DNA of 64,000 nucleotides from positions 64,001 to 128,000 of the forward strand of contig CAWEYL010000003.1 in assembly GCA_963813335.1 (NCBI GenBank), read 5' to 3'. The position numbers were made by a program, and so were the translations under genes. This document shows positions 22,030-31,269 of this stretch, piece after piece (the stretch's first letter is position 1; every line of letters starts with the position of its first letter). Under the pieces are notes generated by a model. The model saw nothing but the letters and a program-made list of their open reading frames with translations. It did no database searches and was not told where the DNA came from. Source of the stretch: an uncultured Chloroflexia bacterium (GTDB lineage Bacteria; Chloroflexota; Limnocylindria; Limnocylindrales; CSP1-4).

Positions 22030-22941
22030 ATGGGAACGACGATCGTCATCGTCGGCTCGCCGACCGCACTGGGCGGCCATCTCGGCGGGATGGAGCGAAC
22101 GCCGGCCGCGCTGCGACGGCTTGGGCTGGCCGAGCGCCTGGCGGCGCGGCCCGGGCTCGCCGGGGCGTCCTGGCGGGATGCCGGCGACGCGGCGAACGAC
22201 CCCGGCTGGGCGCCCGACCCGGACCCCCGGGCGAAGAACCGCGAGCGCATCTGCGCCTACCTGCCGCGCCTCGCCGACCTCGTCGCGATCGGCCTCGGCG
22301 CCGCCGGTCCCGGCGCCCGCCTGCTGGTCATCGGCGGCGACTGCACCTCCCACGCCGGGGCGCTGGCCGGCCTGCGACGGGCACGGCCCGGGCTCCGGCT
22401 GGGCCTCGCCTGGTTCGACGCGCACGGCGACTTCAACGTCCCCGACACCACGCCGTCGGGCAACGTGTGGGGCATGCCGTTCGCGATGGCATGCGGGCGA
22501 GGCGAGCCCGACCTCCTCGCCGCCTGCGACGCCCCGACGGTCCGCGAGGCCGACGCCGCGCTGCTCGGCGGCCAGGTGCTCGACGAGCAGGAGTCGCGGA
22601 TGCTCGCGTCGAGTGGCGTGGCGCAGTTCGGTGCCGGGATGCTCGGCGACCCGGCCGGCAGGGCCGCGCTGCGCGGCTGGGCGGAGACCGTCGCCGGCCG
22701 TATCGACGGCTGGTATGTCGCGTTCGACCTCGACGCGCTCGACGAGGCCGGTGGCTGGGCGCTGATGATGCCGGAGCCGGGCGGGCTGGCCCTCGAGACG
22801 GCGCTCGACGCGGTCCGGATCGTGGCGGCGACGGGTCCCGTGCTCGGGTTCGGCGGGACCGCGGTCAGGTTCGGGGCCGGCGGCGATCCCGAGCGGACGA
22901 CGGATGCGCTGGCCGACCTCGCGGCGGCCGCGCTGGCCTGA
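22030..22941 (+). CDS. Arginase/ureohydrolase family protein with atypical active-site residues
   Basis: GGDCT, WFDAHGDFN, SGNVWGMP, FDLDALD and PEPGGL. Confidence 0.85.
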   Translation: MGTTIVIVGSPTALGGHLGGMERTPAALRRLGLAERLAARPGLAGASWRDAGDAANDPGWAPDPDPRAKNRERICAYLPRLADLVAIGLGAAGPGARLLVIGGDCTSHAGALAGLRRARPGLRLGLAWFDAHGDFNVPDTTPSGNVWGMPFAMACGRGEPDLLAACDAPTVREADAALLGGQVLDEQESRMLASSGVAQFGAGMLGDPAGRAALRGWAETVAGRIDGWYVAFDLDALDEAGGWALMMPEPGGLALETALDAVRIVAATGPVLGFGGTAVRFGAGGDPERTTDALADLAAAALA

Positions 22942-23682
22942 TCAGCTCCCGACGATCACCAGGTCGGCGGCGATCGTCCGGAACGCCTCCTCGGCGAGCC
23001 CGGTCCCGGTCAGCAGCCAGCTCGGGTTGGCCCCGGCATCGACGGACAGAGCCCAGCTGCCGTCACCGACCGAGACCAGCGCCCCGGTCCGATCGCCGAA
23101 GGCGGCCGTGCCCGCGTCGCTGCCGGCCGGCACGCACCCGTCGGAGCTGGCGCAGAACGCGCCTTCCTTGAGGTCGATCTCCGCGCCGCCGGGACCGCGA
23201 TACGAGATCTCGAGGCGCGCGCCGCCGGCGAGTCCGTATCTGCCGGTCCGGACGAACCAGCCGCGCGGCAGGGCGGGGCAATAGACCGACCAGTCGACGG
23301 CGGCCGCCACGTGCGCGTAGAAGTCCTGGTTCTCGGGTGTCCCGGTGCACGCATCGGCCGCGCCGGCGCCCGATGGCGAGGGCTCGGTCGACGGCTCGGT
23401 CGACGGCTCGTCGCTGGGCTCGTCGGTCGGTGTCTGGGTGGGCTCGGCGCTGTCGGACGGGGCGTCGGTCGGCACCTCCGTCGCGCCCTCGGACGCCCCG
23501 GGAGTCGGACTCGCGATCGAGCCGGACGAGGCGTCCGGGCCTGCGGCGCTCGCGCTCGTCGAGGGCGTGCTCGACCCGCCGCAGGCGCTCAACACGAGCG
23601 CCAGGGCGGCGGCCAGGACCAGGAAGGACCGACGACGGTCGGGACGGTCGCGTCCCGGCGCGCTCGATCGACGTCGCGTCAC
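22942..23682 (-). CDS. Hypothetical lipoprotein with an S/T/P/E-rich linker and a Cys-containing C-terminal domain
   Basis: Lipobox VLSAC and EPST repeats. GTG overlaps the cobC stop and is preceded by its own extended -10 (TGCTACCCT). Confidence 0.75.
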   Translation of the reverse strand: MTRRRSSAPGRDRPDRRRSFLVLAAALALVLSACGGSSTPSTSASAAGPDASSGSIASPTPGASEGATEVPTDAPSDSAEPTQTPTDEPSDEPSTEPSTEPSPSGAGAADACTGTPENQDFYAHVAAAVDWSVYCPALPRGWFVRTGRYGLAGGARLEISYRGPGGAEIDLKEGAFCASSDGCVPAGSDAGTAAFGDRTGALVSVGDGSWALSVDAGANPSWLLTGTGLAEEAFRTIAADLVIVGS

Positions 23683-24305
23683 CGCCGGAGGGTAGCACGG
23701 GACGCCCCACCGGCCGGTCCGCCGGGGTCTGGCGGCGGCGGCAGGACCGACAGGTGGATGGCCTCGCCGGCCGCCGGGAAGGCCACGGTCTCCGCCGCGC
23801 GGCCCATGCCGAGCGCGAGCGCCAGCCGGAGCGGCCCCGCGTGCGACACGACGAGGGCCGGCCGCGGGTCGGCGAGCAGCGCCGACCACGCCTCGCGGAC
23901 GCGCGCCTGCAGGGCGAGCGCGGTCTCGCCGCCCGGCCAGTCGATGTCGACCTCGCCCGCGGCGAGCCGCGCGGCAAGCTCCGGCTCCAGCGCGGCCAGC
24001 TCGTCGAAGGTCAGCCCTTCCGCCCGGCCGCAGTCCGACTCGCGCCAGCGCGCGTCGACGACCGGCGGTCCCATCCCGGCGGCGGCCGCGATCGCCTCGG
24101 CGGTCGCGAGCGCGCGGATGAGCGGGCTCGAGACGATCCGGGTGCCCGGCGCCAGGAGCGGGCCCAGCTCGGCCGCCAGGAGCCCGGCGGCGAGCCGGCC
24201 CGCGTCGTCCAGCGGCGGATCGCTCCGACCGCAGTAGCGCTGCCCGGTCCACGCCGTCGACGCGTGCCGGACGAGGCTGACGGGGATCCGCATGGGGTGC
24301 TGCAT
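23679..24305 (-). CDS. cobC: Histidine phosphatase, probable alpha-ribazole/adenosylcobalamin phosphatase
   Basis: LVRHAST, SSPLIRA, WRESDCG, GGET and VSHAG; last gene of the cob operon. Confidence 0.75.
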   Translation of the reverse strand: MQHPMRIPVSLVRHASTAWTGQRYCGRSDPPLDDAGRLAAGLLAAELGPLLAPGTRIVSSPLIRALATAEAIAAAAGMGPPVVDARWRESDCGRAEGLTFDELAALEPELAARLAAGEVDIDWPGGETALALQARVREAWSALLADPRPALVVSHAGPLRLALALGMGRAAETVAFPAAGEAIHLSVLPPPPDPGGPAGGASRATLRR

Positions 24306-24309
24306 CGGG

Positions 24310-25452
24310 TCAGGGCCTCTCGTCGCCGGACGGACCGGCGATCGCGGCCGATTCGAAGGTCGCCATACCGTCGCGGATCCGGACCGCGGCGTCGACGAGG
24401 CCCAGCGCGAGGGCGGCACCCGACCCCTCGCCGAGCCGGAGGTCGAGCTCGAGCAGCGGCCGGAGGCCCAGCCGCTCGAGGACGATCGCGTGGCCGGGCT
24501 CCACCGACCGGTGCGAGGCGATGAGCCGCGGGCCGATGTCCGGCCCGAGGGCGACCGCGATCAGGGCCGCCGCCCCCGTGATGAACCCGTCGAGCACGAC
24601 CGGGCGGCGCCTGGCGGCCGCGGCGACGATGACCCCGACCAGCAGCGCGATCTCGAGGCCGCCGACCGCGGCGAGGACCCCGAGCGGGTCGGCCGGGTCG
24701 GGCCGGTGCAGGGCGATCGCCCGTTCGATCGCGAGGACCTTGCGACGGCGTCCCTCGTCGTCGACGCCGGTCCCCCGCCCCGTCACCGCGTCCGGCGGGG
24801 TCCCGGTCATGACCGCCGCGATCGCGCTCGCCGCGGTCGTGTTGCCGATGCCCATCTCGCCCAGCCCCACGATGTCGGCATCCGAGAGCTCGCCCGTCTC
24901 GGCGAGGGCCAGGCCGATGGCCACCGCGCGGAGCGCCTCGTCCGCGGTCATGGCCGCGCCGACGGTCATGTCAGCGGTTCCGCTACGGACGCGAGCGCTG
25001 ACCAGCCGGCCGCCCGCGGCGCCCGGCGCCGCCGGCGGGATCGGTCCCGCCACGCCGACGTCGACGACCGTCACGCTCGCCCCGACCCCGGCCGCGAGCA
25101 CGTTGATGGCGGCGCCGCCGGCCACGAAGTTGGCGACCATCTGGGCCGTCACCGCGGACGGGTAGGCGGAGACGCCCTGGGCCGTGACGCCATGGTCGGC
25201 GGCGGCCACGACGATCGCCTTCCGGGCGACGGCGGCGTCGGTTCGGCCGGTGACGCCGGCCAGCTGGACGACCAGGTCTTCGAGCCGGCCGAGGCTGCCG
25301 GGCGGCTTGGTCAGCCGGTCCAGGCCCGCGCCGGCGGCGGCCATGGCCGCCGTGTCGAGCGGCCCGATCCGCGCCAGCACCGCGTCGAGGGCCGCCCGGT
25401 CGGCGGCGGCGGTCACGGGCGAGGCGCCCGTCGGCAGGTCCGTGCGCGTCAC
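24310..25452 (-). CDS. cobT: Nicotinate-nucleotide--dimethylbenzimidazole phosphoribosyltransferase
   Basis: LTKPPGSLGRLE, ADHGV, GEMGIGNTT and RLGEGSGA. Confidence 0.95.
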   Translation of the reverse strand: MTRTDLPTGASPVTAAADRAALDAVLARIGPLDTAAMAAAGAGLDRLTKPPGSLGRLEDLVVQLAGVTGRTDAAVARKAIVVAAADHGVTAQGVSAYPSAVTAQMVANFVAGGAAINVLAAGVGASVTVVDVGVAGPIPPAAPGAAGGRLVSARVRSGTADMTVGAAMTADEALRAVAIGLALAETGELSDADIVGLGEMGIGNTTAASAIAAVMTGTPPDAVTGRGTGVDDEGRRRKVLAIERAIALHRPDPADPLGVLAAVGGLEIALLVGVIVAAAARRRPVVLDGFITGAAALIAVALGPDIGPRLIASHRSVEPGHAIVLERLGLRPLLELDLRLGEGSGAALALGLVDAAVRIRDGMATFESAAIAGPSGDERP

Positions 25453-25994
25453 GCGCCGGTCCCGCCCTTGAGCCGGAGCGGCAGGCCGGCGGCCATGAGG
25501 AACGCCTCGTCCGCCCTGGCCGCGATCCGCTGGTGGGTGAGCCCGACGAGGTCGCGGAACGCGCGCGCGCCGGCGTCCATCGGCACCATCCCGAGGCCGA
25601 GCTCGTCGCTGACGATGACGGCCGGCCCGGTGCGGCGGTCAAGCGCGTCGAGCGCCGCCGCGAGCGGGCCGTCCAGGATGGGGTCGGGGTCGCCAGGCGC
25701 ATCGCCGACCAGGGCGCTCAGCCAGAGCATGAACCCGTCGATCAGAAGCGGCTCCGCAGGATCGGTCGATGCGATCGCAGCCGCCAGGTCGTCGCCGACG
25801 TCGACGGTCGGCCACGTGGCGGGACGGGCGCGACGGTGGCGGGCGATGCGATCGTCGAGCTCGGGGTCGCCGGGCCGGGCCGTCGCCAGGAACCAGGCCC
25901 GGCCGCCGCCGGCCAGGCGTTCCGTGGCGGCGAGACCGAACCGGCTCTTGCCGCTCCGCGTGCCGCCGAGGACGAGGATCAGGGGCCGGGCCAT
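25449..25994 (-). CDS. cobU: Adenosylcobinamide kinase/guanylyltransferase
   Basis: GGTRSGKS, RIARHR, VSDELGLGMVP and FRDLVG. Confidence 0.92.
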   Translation of the reverse strand: MARPLILVLGGTRSGKSRFGLAATERLAGGGRAWFLATARPGDPELDDRIARHRRARPATWPTVDVGDDLAAAIASTDPAEPLLIDGFMLWLSALVGDAPGDPDPILDGPLAAALDALDRRTGPAVIVSDELGLGMVPMDAGARAFRDLVGLTHQRIAARADEAFLMAAGLPLRLKGGTGA

Positions 25995-25995
25995 C

Positions 25996-26841
25996 TCAGC
26001 CGGCGCCCGTCGTGCGCACGATCGCCGCTGCCAGCGCGGTGGCGACGAGGACGGCCGCGAATGTCGATTCGACCGTCGCCCCGAGCCCGTCCCCGTCGAG
26101 CTGCCCGCGACGCCCGACGATCAGCCACGACCCCGCCAGACCGGCGGTCGCGCCCGTCAACGCGCCGATCGCGATCGCCGGACCGTCCCCGCCCGGGCCG
26201 GCGAGGAGCACGAGGAGCGTGACGATGAGCGCCGCCGACGCGGCCGCGATGGCCGCGTCCGACACCCGCAGGCGCTCGCAGAACCAGGTGCCGAGGCGTC
26301 CAGCGGCGCGGGACCGCAGCGCCAGGCTCGCGACGACCGCGACGGCCCGGGAGACGGCCCCGGCCGCGATGCACGCCAGCGCGGCGGCGGTCGGCCCGGC
26401 GGCGCTCGCCAGCGCGGACAGGGCCACGACGTCGAGCACGAGGACGAGGACGAGCGCGACCACTCCGCCCGGTCCCGTGGCCGGGTCGGTGCGGGCGGCC
26501 TCGGCGCGGGACGGATCGGGCGCCAGCAGCGCGTCCGCGGTGTCGGCCAGGCCGTCGAGATGGATCGCCCCCGAGACGACGGCCGCGACCCCGATCGCCA
26601 TGGCCGCCGCCACGGTCGGTTCGAGCCCGCCGACGAGCAGCATCGGCACGCCGCCTGCGGCACCGACCAGGCCACCGACGAGGCCGAACGCGGCCGCACC
26701 CGTGGACGTCGCGGCCGCGGCACCGGCGCGCGACCCGAGCGGGAGGCGCGTCAGGAAGCCGAGCGCCGCCGCGACCGCGCCGGCCACGTCGAGCGGGCTG
26801 CGTCGGGCGGCCACGACGAGGCGGGACTCCTCGATGCTCAC
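25996..26841 (-). CDS. cobS: Adenosylcobinamide-GDP ribazoletransferase (cobalamin synthase)
   Basis: FLTRLP, GAIHLDGLADTAD and GDGLGA. Confidence 0.88.
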   Translation of the reverse strand: MSIEESRLVVAARRSPLDVAGAVAAALGFLTRLPLGSRAGAAAATSTGAAAFGLVGGLVGAAGGVPMLLVGGLEPTVAAAMAIGVAAVVSGAIHLDGLADTADALLAPDPSRAEAARTDPATGPGGVVALVLVLVLDVVALSALASAAGPTAAALACIAAGAVSRAVAVVASLALRSRAAGRLGTWFCERLRVSDAAIAAASAALIVTLLVLLAGPGGDGPAIAIGALTGATAGLAGSWLIVGRRGQLDGDGLGATVESTFAAVLVATALAAAIVRTTGAG

Positions 26842-27601
26842 GCGGCACCCACCGGCAGGCGCACGAGCGCGGGGTCGACGCCGAACACCTCGCGGATGCG
26901 CTGGGCGTCGAGGGTGGTCGACGGCGGCCCGTCGGCGACGACGGCGCCGCGGTCCATGGCCACGATCCTCGGGAAGAAATGGGCCGCCAGCGCGAGGTCG
27001 TGGAGGACGGCGACGACCGTGGTGCCGTCGCGCTCGTTGAGGTCGACGAGCAGCTGCATGACCTCCACCTGGTGGCGGATGTCGAGGTGCGCGGTCGGCT
27101 CGTCGAGGACGAGGATCGGCGCCGCCTGGGCGAGGGCGAGGGCGACGAAGACGAGCTGGCGCTCGCCCATCGACAGCTCCCGGGCGTCTCGTCGCCGGAG
27201 GTGTCCGATGCCCACGCGCTCGATCGCGGCATCGATGGCGGCGTGGTCGGTCGGCCGCAGGCCGGTCAGCGGCGGCTCGTGCGGCAGCCGGCCCAGCCCG
27301 ACGACCTCCTCGACCGACATCTCGAACGGCAGCTGGGCGATCTCCGGGACGACGGCGATCGTGCGCGCGATGGTGCGCCGGTCCAGCCCGCCGATCGGCG
27401 AGCCGTCGAGCGCCACGTGGCCGGTCCTCGGAGCGAGGACGCCGGTCAGCGCGCGCAGCAAGGTCGACTTGCCGGCACCGTTCGGGCCGACGAGCGCCAG
27501 CCGCTCGCCACGGGCAACCGACAGCGACACGTCGGTGACGATCCGCCGCTCGCCGTAGGCCACCCCAAGGCGGTCGCCGACAGGATCGCCGTGCCGCTCA
27601 C
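26838..27601 (-). CDS. btuD: Corrinoid ABC transporter ATP-binding protein; indel near 27567
   Basis: GPNGAGKST, LSMGERQ, LDEPTAHLD and VLHDL. Confidence 0.85.
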
Positions 27602-28671
27602 AGCTCGTAGCCCGTGCGCGTCCGGGTCAGCAGGACCAGGAAGAATGGCGCGCCGATCAGCGCCATGACCACACCGACCGGGATGTCGCCGGCCAGTCGC
27701 GCGACGAGATCGGCCGCCGAGAGCAGGACCGCCCCATAGATCGCCGAGAGCGGGATCAGGCGCCGCGCGGATGGACCGGCGAGCATCCGAACGCCGTGGG
27801 GCACGACAAGGCCGACGAAGCCGATCAGGCCGCTGATCGCGACCGCCGCCGCGGTGCTGAGCGAGGCGGCCGCCAGCAGGATCCGCCGCTCGCGGCGCAC
27901 GTCGAAGCCCAGGTGGACCGCGGTGGCGTCGCCGAGCAGGAACCCATCGAGCGAGCGCGATCGGAGCCCGACCACGATCGTCGCCCCCAGGATCAGCGGG
28001 GTCGCGATGGCCAGCCGGCTCCAGGAGGCGCCGCCCAGCCCTCCCAGGAGGAACGAGAAGATCTCGCGGAGGTTGGAGCCGGAGAGGTACATGATCATCG
28101 TGAGCAGCGCCGCGAGCACCGAACTGACGGCGTAGCCGGTCAGGAGCAGCCTGGTCAATCCGGCCGCCCCGGCGCCACCGACGCGGAGCACGAGGTAGGC
28201 GGTCAGCAGCGCGCCCGCGAAGGCGAGCCCGTTCACCACGCCGAACTCGACCATCACCAGGTGGATGGGCACGAGGACGCCGATCGCGGCCCCGAGCGCC
28301 GCCCCGGACGCGGTCCCCAGGATGTACGGGTCGGCGAGCGGATTGCGGACGACACCCTGGAGGGTCGCGCCCGCGACCGCGAGCCCCGCGCCGACGAGCA
28401 TCGCCGTGAGCACGCGGGGCACGCGCAGGTCCCACACGATGGTCTCGGTCGCGGCGGTCCACGCATGTCCGCTATCGATGCCGAGCAGGCGCCAGAGGAT
28501 GACGCCCACGGTGTCGCTCGGACTGATCCGGACGGACCCGAGCGACACGCCCGCCACCAGCAGGACGAACAGGCCGATGACGCCGAGGGCCGCGATCAGC
28601 CCTGGACGGCCGCGGAGGCGGCCGGCGAGGCCGACCGTCCCCAGGTCCGCCGAGATCGTGGAGGCCGACAT
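27598..28671 (-). CDS. btuC: Corrinoid ABC transporter permease (FecCD family)
   Basis: LRVPR, RNPLADPYILG and GLIGFVGLVVPH. Confidence 0.88.
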   Translation of the reverse strand: MSASTISADLGTVGLAGRLRGRPGLIAALGVIGLFVLLVAGVSLGSVRISPSDTVGVILWRLLGIDSGHAWTAATETIVWDLRVPRVLTAMLVGAGLAVAGATLQGVVRNPLADPYILGTASGAALGAAIGVLVPIHLVMVEFGVVNGLAFAGALLTAYLVLRVGGAGAAGLTRLLLTGYAVSSVLAALLTMIMYLSGSNLREIFSFLLGGLGGASWSRLAIATPLILGATIVVGLRSRSLDGFLLGDATAVHLGFDVRRERRILLAAASLSTAAAVAISGLIGFVGLVVPHGVRMLAGPSARRLIPLSAIYGAVLLSAADLVARLAGDIPVGVVMALIGAPFFLVLLTRTRTGYEL

Positions 28672-28681
28672 CAGCGCACCG

Positions 28682-29731
28682 TCACGGCGTCGGCGGCAGC
28701 GTGATGTCGGGGTACATCGCGAGCGTCAGGTTGCGCAGCCCGATGGGCAGGCGCGGGCCGGGCCGGGTGATCTCGGTGTCGTTGACCGGGCGGATGTCGC
28801 CCTCCTTCACCGCGGTCAGGACGTCCCAGCCGTTGCGCTTGGCGATCTCGCCGGCGGTCGGCTTGTAGAAGGCGTTGACCCCCACGATGATCACCTGCGG
28901 GTCGCGCTCGATGAGCGTCTCCAGCGGGATCTCGTAGGTGGTCGGGTCTGTGGTGATCACGTCGACCCCGAGCAGCCCGACCATCTCGGCGAGGAACGAG
29001 CCCTTGGCGGGGCCATAGATCTGCCCGGTGTCGGGCAGGTAGCCGACGTCGTAGAAGACCCGCGGCGTGGCACCCGAGGCGGTCGCGGCGGCCGACGCCG
29101 CGGTCGAGACGGCATCGACGTCCTTGCGCATGCCGGCGGTCATCGCGTCGGCCTCGGCCGACCGCCCGGTCGCGTCGCCGAGCAGCTCGATGTCCTTGTA
29201 GACCCCGTCGATCGTCGGTGCATAGATGACCAGGACCGGGATGCCCAGCGAGCGGAGCCTGGTGATCGCGTCGGCCGGGGTGAAGCCGAGCCCGCCGGCG
29301 ATCACGAGGTCGGGGTCCAGGGCGACGACCTTCTCGACGTCGACCGAGGCGAACGTCGCGACGTCGGGGAGCGGCACGGCCTCGGCCGGGTAGTCGGTGC
29401 CGTCGTCGGTCGCGACGACCCGGTCCCCGGCGCCGATCGCGAAGAGGGTCTCGGTGGCAGCCGGGGTCAGGGTGACGACCCTGTGCGGCTCGGCATCCAG
29501 CGTGACGGTGGTGCCCTCGTCATCGCTCAGGCTGACCGGGAAGGCCGGGGCGGGTGTGGGGCTGGCGGTGGGGAGCGGCGTGGCGGTCGGCGCCGTCGCG
29601 GGGACCGGGGTCGCCGTGGCGAGCGCGACGCTTGGCGAGGCGCCGGCGCTGCTGCACGCGCCGCTCAGGACGGCGAGGAGCGGCAGAAGGACCAGCACAC
29701 GGCGGAGCGACGGGCGTGGGGACGGTGACAT
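28682..29731 (-). CDS. btuF: Corrinoid ABC transporter substrate-binding lipoprotein
   Basis: Lipobox LSGAC, RVVTLTPAATETLFAIG and RPGPRL; first gene after the B12 riboswitch. Confidence 0.85.
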   Translation of the reverse strand: MSPSPRPSLRRVLVLLPLLAVLSGACSSAGASPSVALATATPVPATAPTATPLPTASPTPAPAFPVSLSDDEGTTVTLDAEPHRVVTLTPAATETLFAIGAGDRVVATDDGTDYPAEAVPLPDVATFASVDVEKVVALDPDLVIAGGLGFTPADAITRLRSLGIPVLVIYAPTIDGVYKDIELLGDATGRSAEADAMTAGMRKDVDAVSTAASAAATASGATPRVFYDVGYLPDTGQIYGPAKGSFLAEMVGLLGVDVITTDPTTYEIPLETLIERDPQVIIVGVNAFYKPTAGEIAKRNGWDVLTAVKEGDIRPVNDTEITRPGPRLPIGLRNLTLAMYPDITLPPTP

Positions 29732-29869
29732 CGGGCGAGAGCCTCAGGACGGGATCGGCGAGGTCGCGCGGCGTACGCGGGACCCTCGCTTCTGACATGG
29801 GGAAGCGAGGCGCCTATCCGGTGGGGTACACGGTCCTGCCTACCTTTCTCTCGAAGGTTCGAGCATGCA

Positions 29870-29977
29870 CCGTGAGGTCGGCGACCGGACTTCCGCCCCC
29901 GGAGGGGCGGTCACCGTAGCGGGACTGTGCCGGAATCGCACCGGCTTCGCGACCACGCGGCGTGGTTCTCGGGTGTC
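29870..29977 (-). ncRNA. Cobalamin riboswitch, compact class-II-like
   Basis: Minus strand reads GAAGCCGGTGCGATTCCGGCACAGTCCCGCTACGGTGA, short hairpin, GGAAGTCCGG..CGACCT. Extended -10 TGCTACGCT lies just upstream, and the element precedes the btu/cob genes. Confidence 0.9.
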
Positions 29978-30022
29978 GGCCGGAGCGTAGCACACGAGCC
30001 CCGTCGCTCGATCCCGCCGGCC

Positions 30023-30040
30023 GGATAAGGGCGGGATAAG
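30023..30040 (+). promoter_or_regulatory. Direct repeat with 11-bp period, OmpR/PhoB-type binding-site geometry
   Basis: GGATAAG-GGCG-GGATAAG about 70 bp upstream of the secreted-protein operon. Confidence 0.5.
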
Positions 30041-30108
30041 CGCTCCCTGCGAGGATGGCCGCCTCGCCTCCCCGCCGCGTCTCGACCGCCGGGGGAGGTC
30101 AAGCCGTC

Positions 30109-31269
30109 ATGGTGGGACATCGGTGGGGTCGAACCCTTGCACCCGGGATCGTGGCCCTCGGCGGGCTGGCGATGGTCGCGACCTCGACGCAGGCCGCGCG
30201 GGACCGTCCGTGGGCACCGCCCGACTGCCCCGGCGGTGGCGCGGCACGGGTGGCGATCGCGCGCGCCGCAGACCCGCCCGACCCGGCATCGGTCGCGGGC
30301 GAGCCCTGGTTCCGCGCGGACCCGCGACTCGACGGCGCGGGCGCGCTGGACGGCCAGCGACTGACGGTCGGCCGCCGCGGCGGCGGCGCACCGGCGACGC
30401 TCGATCTGCCCGCAGAGTCGTTCGCCGCCGGACCGTTCGGGGACCTGATCCTGGTGGGTGAGGACGATGGCATCACGTCCGCCCTGGCGACGCTCGACCT
30501 CGCCGCCGGCTGCCGCTCGACGGTCGACTCGACGGCGGACGTCATCCGCCGCGCGACGGTCAGCCCGGACGGCTCCACCGTCTACGAGAGCCGGGTCGCC
30601 CGGGCCACCCGGGCGGATCTCGGCATCTGGTCGCGGCCCCTCGACGGGGACGGACCCGCCCGGCGCGTGCTGCCGCCGCTGGAGCCGGACGACCGCTTCG
30701 GGCGGACCTGGTCGACCGGGTTCACGTGGTCCGACGGGGGCGACCGGCTCGCCATCCAGACCTGCGGCCAGGTCGCCTGCCGGACGAGGCTGCTCGACCC
30801 GTCGGACGGGTCGTCGCGGCTCGTCGACGACCCGGCCCTCGGGCTCCTCGTCGGCGTGACCAGGGACCGCCTGATCGCGCACGAGGCCTGCCGCGGGTTC
30901 CCCTGCCCGCTCGTCGCCACGGACCTCGCGAGCGGCGATCGGCAGGTCCTTGCCGAGGATGCCGGCCCGGCTGTCCTCGCGTCCGATGGGGGCGCCACAC
31001 GGGTGGTCCACGAGACCGCCGCCGGTGCCGGCCGCCGGTTGCGGGCCATCGCCGCGGACGGGTCGATCGCGACCGATCTCGGCGCCATCCCCGACGGCCT
31101 CGCGCTCGGCGGGACCGGCGGCGACTCGGACGGCGGCCTCCGGCTGCCGTCCGGCTGGGTCCTGCTGGCGCCGGACGGCCGGTTGCCGCTCGACTCCGTG
31201 GATCCCCGCCTCACCCTCCGCCAGGTCCGGGACGGCCGCGCCGTCCGACTCGACGAGGTGCCGCGATGA
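30109..31269 (+). CDS. Secreted TolB/WD40-like beta-propeller protein
   Basis: Signal-like N-terminus, propeller-blade motifs VSPDGSTVY and WSDGGDRLA, and Cys pairs CGQVAC and CRGFPC. SD GGAGG. Confidence 0.65.
   Translation: MVGHRWGRTLAPGIVALGGLAMVATSTQAARDRPWAPPDCPGGGAARVAIARAADPPDPASVAGEPWFRADPRLDGAGALDGQRLTVGRRGGGAPATLDLPAESFAAGPFGDLILVGEDDGITSALATLDLAAGCRSTVDSTADVIRRATVSPDGSTVYESRVARATRADLGIWSRPLDGDGPARRVLPPLEPDDRFGRTWSTGFTWSDGGDRLAIQTCGQVACRTRLLDPSDGSSRLVDDPALGLLVGVTRDRLIAHEACRGFPCPLVATDLASGDRQVLAEDAGPAVLASDGGATRVVHETAAGAGRRLRAIAADGSIATDLGAIPDGLALGGTGGDSDGGLRLPSGWVLLAPDGRLPLDSVDPRLTLRQVRDGRAVRLDEVPR

Noticed and set aside
24292-27558. Very long antisense or alternative-frame ORFs (for example 1088 aa here, 1618 aa at 44870-49726 and 927 aa at 57969-60752)
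   Set aside because: These are Arg/Gly/Pro-rich shadow frames of real genes, expected in DNA this GC-rich where stop codons are rare.
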